Made by a program: the position numbers and the translations under genes. A stretch of 64,000 bases of DNA from an uncultured delta proteobacterium (GTDB taxonomy: Bacteria; Myxococcota; UBA727; VGSZ01), in assembly GCA_963775425.1 (NCBI GenBank), contig CAVZJB010000012.1, positions 380,430 through 444,429 of the forward strand. Direction: 5' to 3'. The notes beneath the pieces were generated by a model. The model did not search any database and was not told where the DNA came from. It worked only from the letters and a program-made list of their open reading frames with translations. Every line of letters begins with the position of its first letter. Positions within the stretch are counted from its first letter, which is position 1. Positions 61,836 to 64,000 of the stretch are shown here, piece after piece.

Positions 61836-63437
61836 ATGCCAGGCAAGCTTGCTTCATATCGATCAGCCTTCGTGCCGCTGGTCCTCGGTGTCTCTTGCTC
61901 GACGGCCACTCCAGACCCTGACCGATGCGCCGACTCGTCGGACTGCCCGAGCGGGCAAAGCTGCATCGTCACCGCCGGGGTAGCGGCGTGCGGCGAGGGC
62001 GAGGGCGAGGGCGAGGGCGAGGGCGAGGGCGAGGGCGAGGGCGAGGGCGAGGGCGAGGGCGAGGTTGTGGCGTTCACGAGCCCGACCCGCTCTGCCCCCG
62101 TTGGGGTTCCGTTCGAGCTCCCATTCACCAATGCGACGGCGAGCTCGTGCGCGGCGACCTTCGACCGTGACGTCGGGGATGCGGCGACCGTGATCGACGA
62201 TCACGTCGCCGTGACCCTCGCCGAACCGGGGAGCGTCTCGGTCGGCCTCGATTGCGGCGGCGTGGGAGCGACTGCGGTGATTACGGGCTGGTCGTTGACG
62301 CCGGGCAGCATCGCCCCTGTCGATGCCGCCGCGGGTGGCGTCGCCGCGGTGCTTCCCTTCACCGTCGAGCCCTCGTCGCTCGCCGTGAAATGCGACGTGA
62401 CGGCGACGCCGAGGAGCGCGTTGGGGGCGCCGGACGCGCGGAACACGCCGGCCGTCGGCTCCGGTGAGAGCTTCAGCGTCGACGAGACCAGCGACGTGAC
62501 GCTCTCGTGCTTCGACCCCAACGACGGGCAGGATCCGCACCTGCAGCTCCCCGTCGATACGACGGGAGTCGAGGTGACGCCGTTGGTCGTGTTCTCGTTC
62601 GACGTGGTTCCGGGGACGCTCGTCGTGACCGTCAACGCGGTCGGCGCCGAGCACTGCGGGCTTCAGGTCGGCGGCAACGAGATCGTCGGCGTCGATCGCC
62701 CCGATCCGACGAGCACCTCGTTCGTCCTCGACGCGGACAGCGGGACTGTTCCGTCGACGCCGACGACGCTGGACGTTGCGTGCACGGGCGGCGGCGGCGC
62801 TCCAGCCGCGGCGTCCTTCGGGTCCCTGCCGATCGCTCAGGGTGGCAACGTCACCGACGACGCCGGCGTCGCAGCGCTGGCAAACGGAGACGTCGCGATC
62901 CTCGTCGGCGACATTGGCCCGATCAACCCGAGCTCGACGTCGCTCACGGTGCCCTCGTTGCAGTTTCTTGCGGGCGCCTTGAACGTGCAGTGCAACGGCA
63001 CCACGACTCTCGACAGCGTCGACTTCGAAGGGCTCCACAAGGTCGCGGGAGCGGTAACCGTGAACGACTGTGACAAGCCGGGCTTGGACGTGTTCCTTGG
63101 AAGCGCGGCAGCGGCGACGCCTGCACTCGAGCTCGGCGCGCTCGCCATCACTTCGAATGCCGGTCTCGGTTCCCTCACCCTCCCCGCGCTCGCCACGGTT
63201 TCGGGCAACATCGTCGTATCCGACAACGCGTCGCTTCTGGGCATGAACATGGACTCACTGCGCTCCGGTGTGCAGATCTTCAACGTGCTCAATAACGACA
63301 GTCTTGGATGTGGCGATCGCACGTTTGGGGTCGTGAAGATTCGCTGTGGCCTGGAGACAGCGCCTGCAACGACCATCTCGTCAAATGCGGGGGGCTGCCT
63401 GAACGGAGGATTCCAAGAGTCTCTGTGTACGCCATGA
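61836..63437 (+). CDS. Array lipoprotein copy 6 (leader c, diverged core, cassette X, cap Q; GE x12)
   Basis: Core diverges from ~62270 onward; cap Q matches copies 3 and 5. Confidence 0.9.
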   Translation: MPGKLASYRSAFVPLVLGVSCSTATPDPDRCADSSDCPSGQSCIVTAGVAACGEGEGEGEGEGEGEGEGEGEGEGEVVAFTSPTRSAPVGVPFELPFTNATASSCAATFDRDVGDAATVIDDHVAVTLAEPGSVSVGLDCGGVGATAVITGWSLTPGSIAPVDAAAGGVAAVLPFTVEPSSLAVKCDVTATPRSALGAPDARNTPAVGSGESFSVDETSDVTLSCFDPNDGQDPHLQLPVDTTGVEVTPLVVFSFDVVPGTLVVTVNAVGAEHCGLQVGGNEIVGVDRPDPTSTSFVLDADSGTVPSTPTTLDVACTGGGGAPAAASFGSLPIAQGGNVTDDAGVAALANGDVAILVGDIGPINPSSTSLTVPSLQFLAGALNVQCNGTTTLDSVDFEGLHKVAGAVTVNDCDKPGLDVFLGSAAAATPALELGALAITSNAGLGSLTLPALATVSGNIVVSDNASLLGMNMDSLRSGVQIFNVLNNDSLGCGDRTFGVVKIRCGLETAPATTISSNAGGCLNGGFQESLCTP

Positions 63438-63524
63438 TTTCGTTTGCTCGCGCTGGAGCGCCGCTTGCGAGAGCCGGCGCCGTCCTCGGTGTGAACGAGA
63501 AACCGCGCTGAACCTGGGGGGCGG

Positions 63525-64000
<476 letters not shown>

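Noticed and set aside
52265-62635. Repeated minus-strand ORFs (206 aa and ~390 aa) within the array
   Set aside because: They recur only because the DNA is repeated; they are antisense shadows.

Overview
Very GC-rich bacterial DNA. Gene content (three Hanks-type kinases, PP2C, PEGA/TPR proteins, MYXO-CTERM-like tails, many Cys-rich lipoproteins) suggests a Myxococcota-like organism; this is an inference. The first ~50 kb mixes housekeeping genes (cca-like, secA, lspA, lysC, proA, proB, panE-like, mpl) with signalling genes, a two-pentamer plus aldolase microcompartment satellite locus, and many secreted Cys-rich proteins. Main highlights: (1) From 51.9 kb to the window end there is a head-to-tail array of at least 7 near-identical lipoprotein genes. 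Each has a Cys knot, a (Gly-Glu)n linker, a constant core and a receptor-L/LRR-like solenoid. Leaders, solenoid cassettes and C-terminal caps are combinatorially shuffled between copies, and one copy is interrupted by an ISL3 element. (2) A recurring module pairs a CsgG/TolB-N-like 'CxxxxxCL' protein with downstream Cys-knot lipoproteins. (3) An RGPP-ending uORF directly upstream of secA is a candidate SecM-like translation-arrest peptide. No rRNA, tRNA or CRISPR array was recognised. All calls come from motif recognition by eye; no database searches were run.
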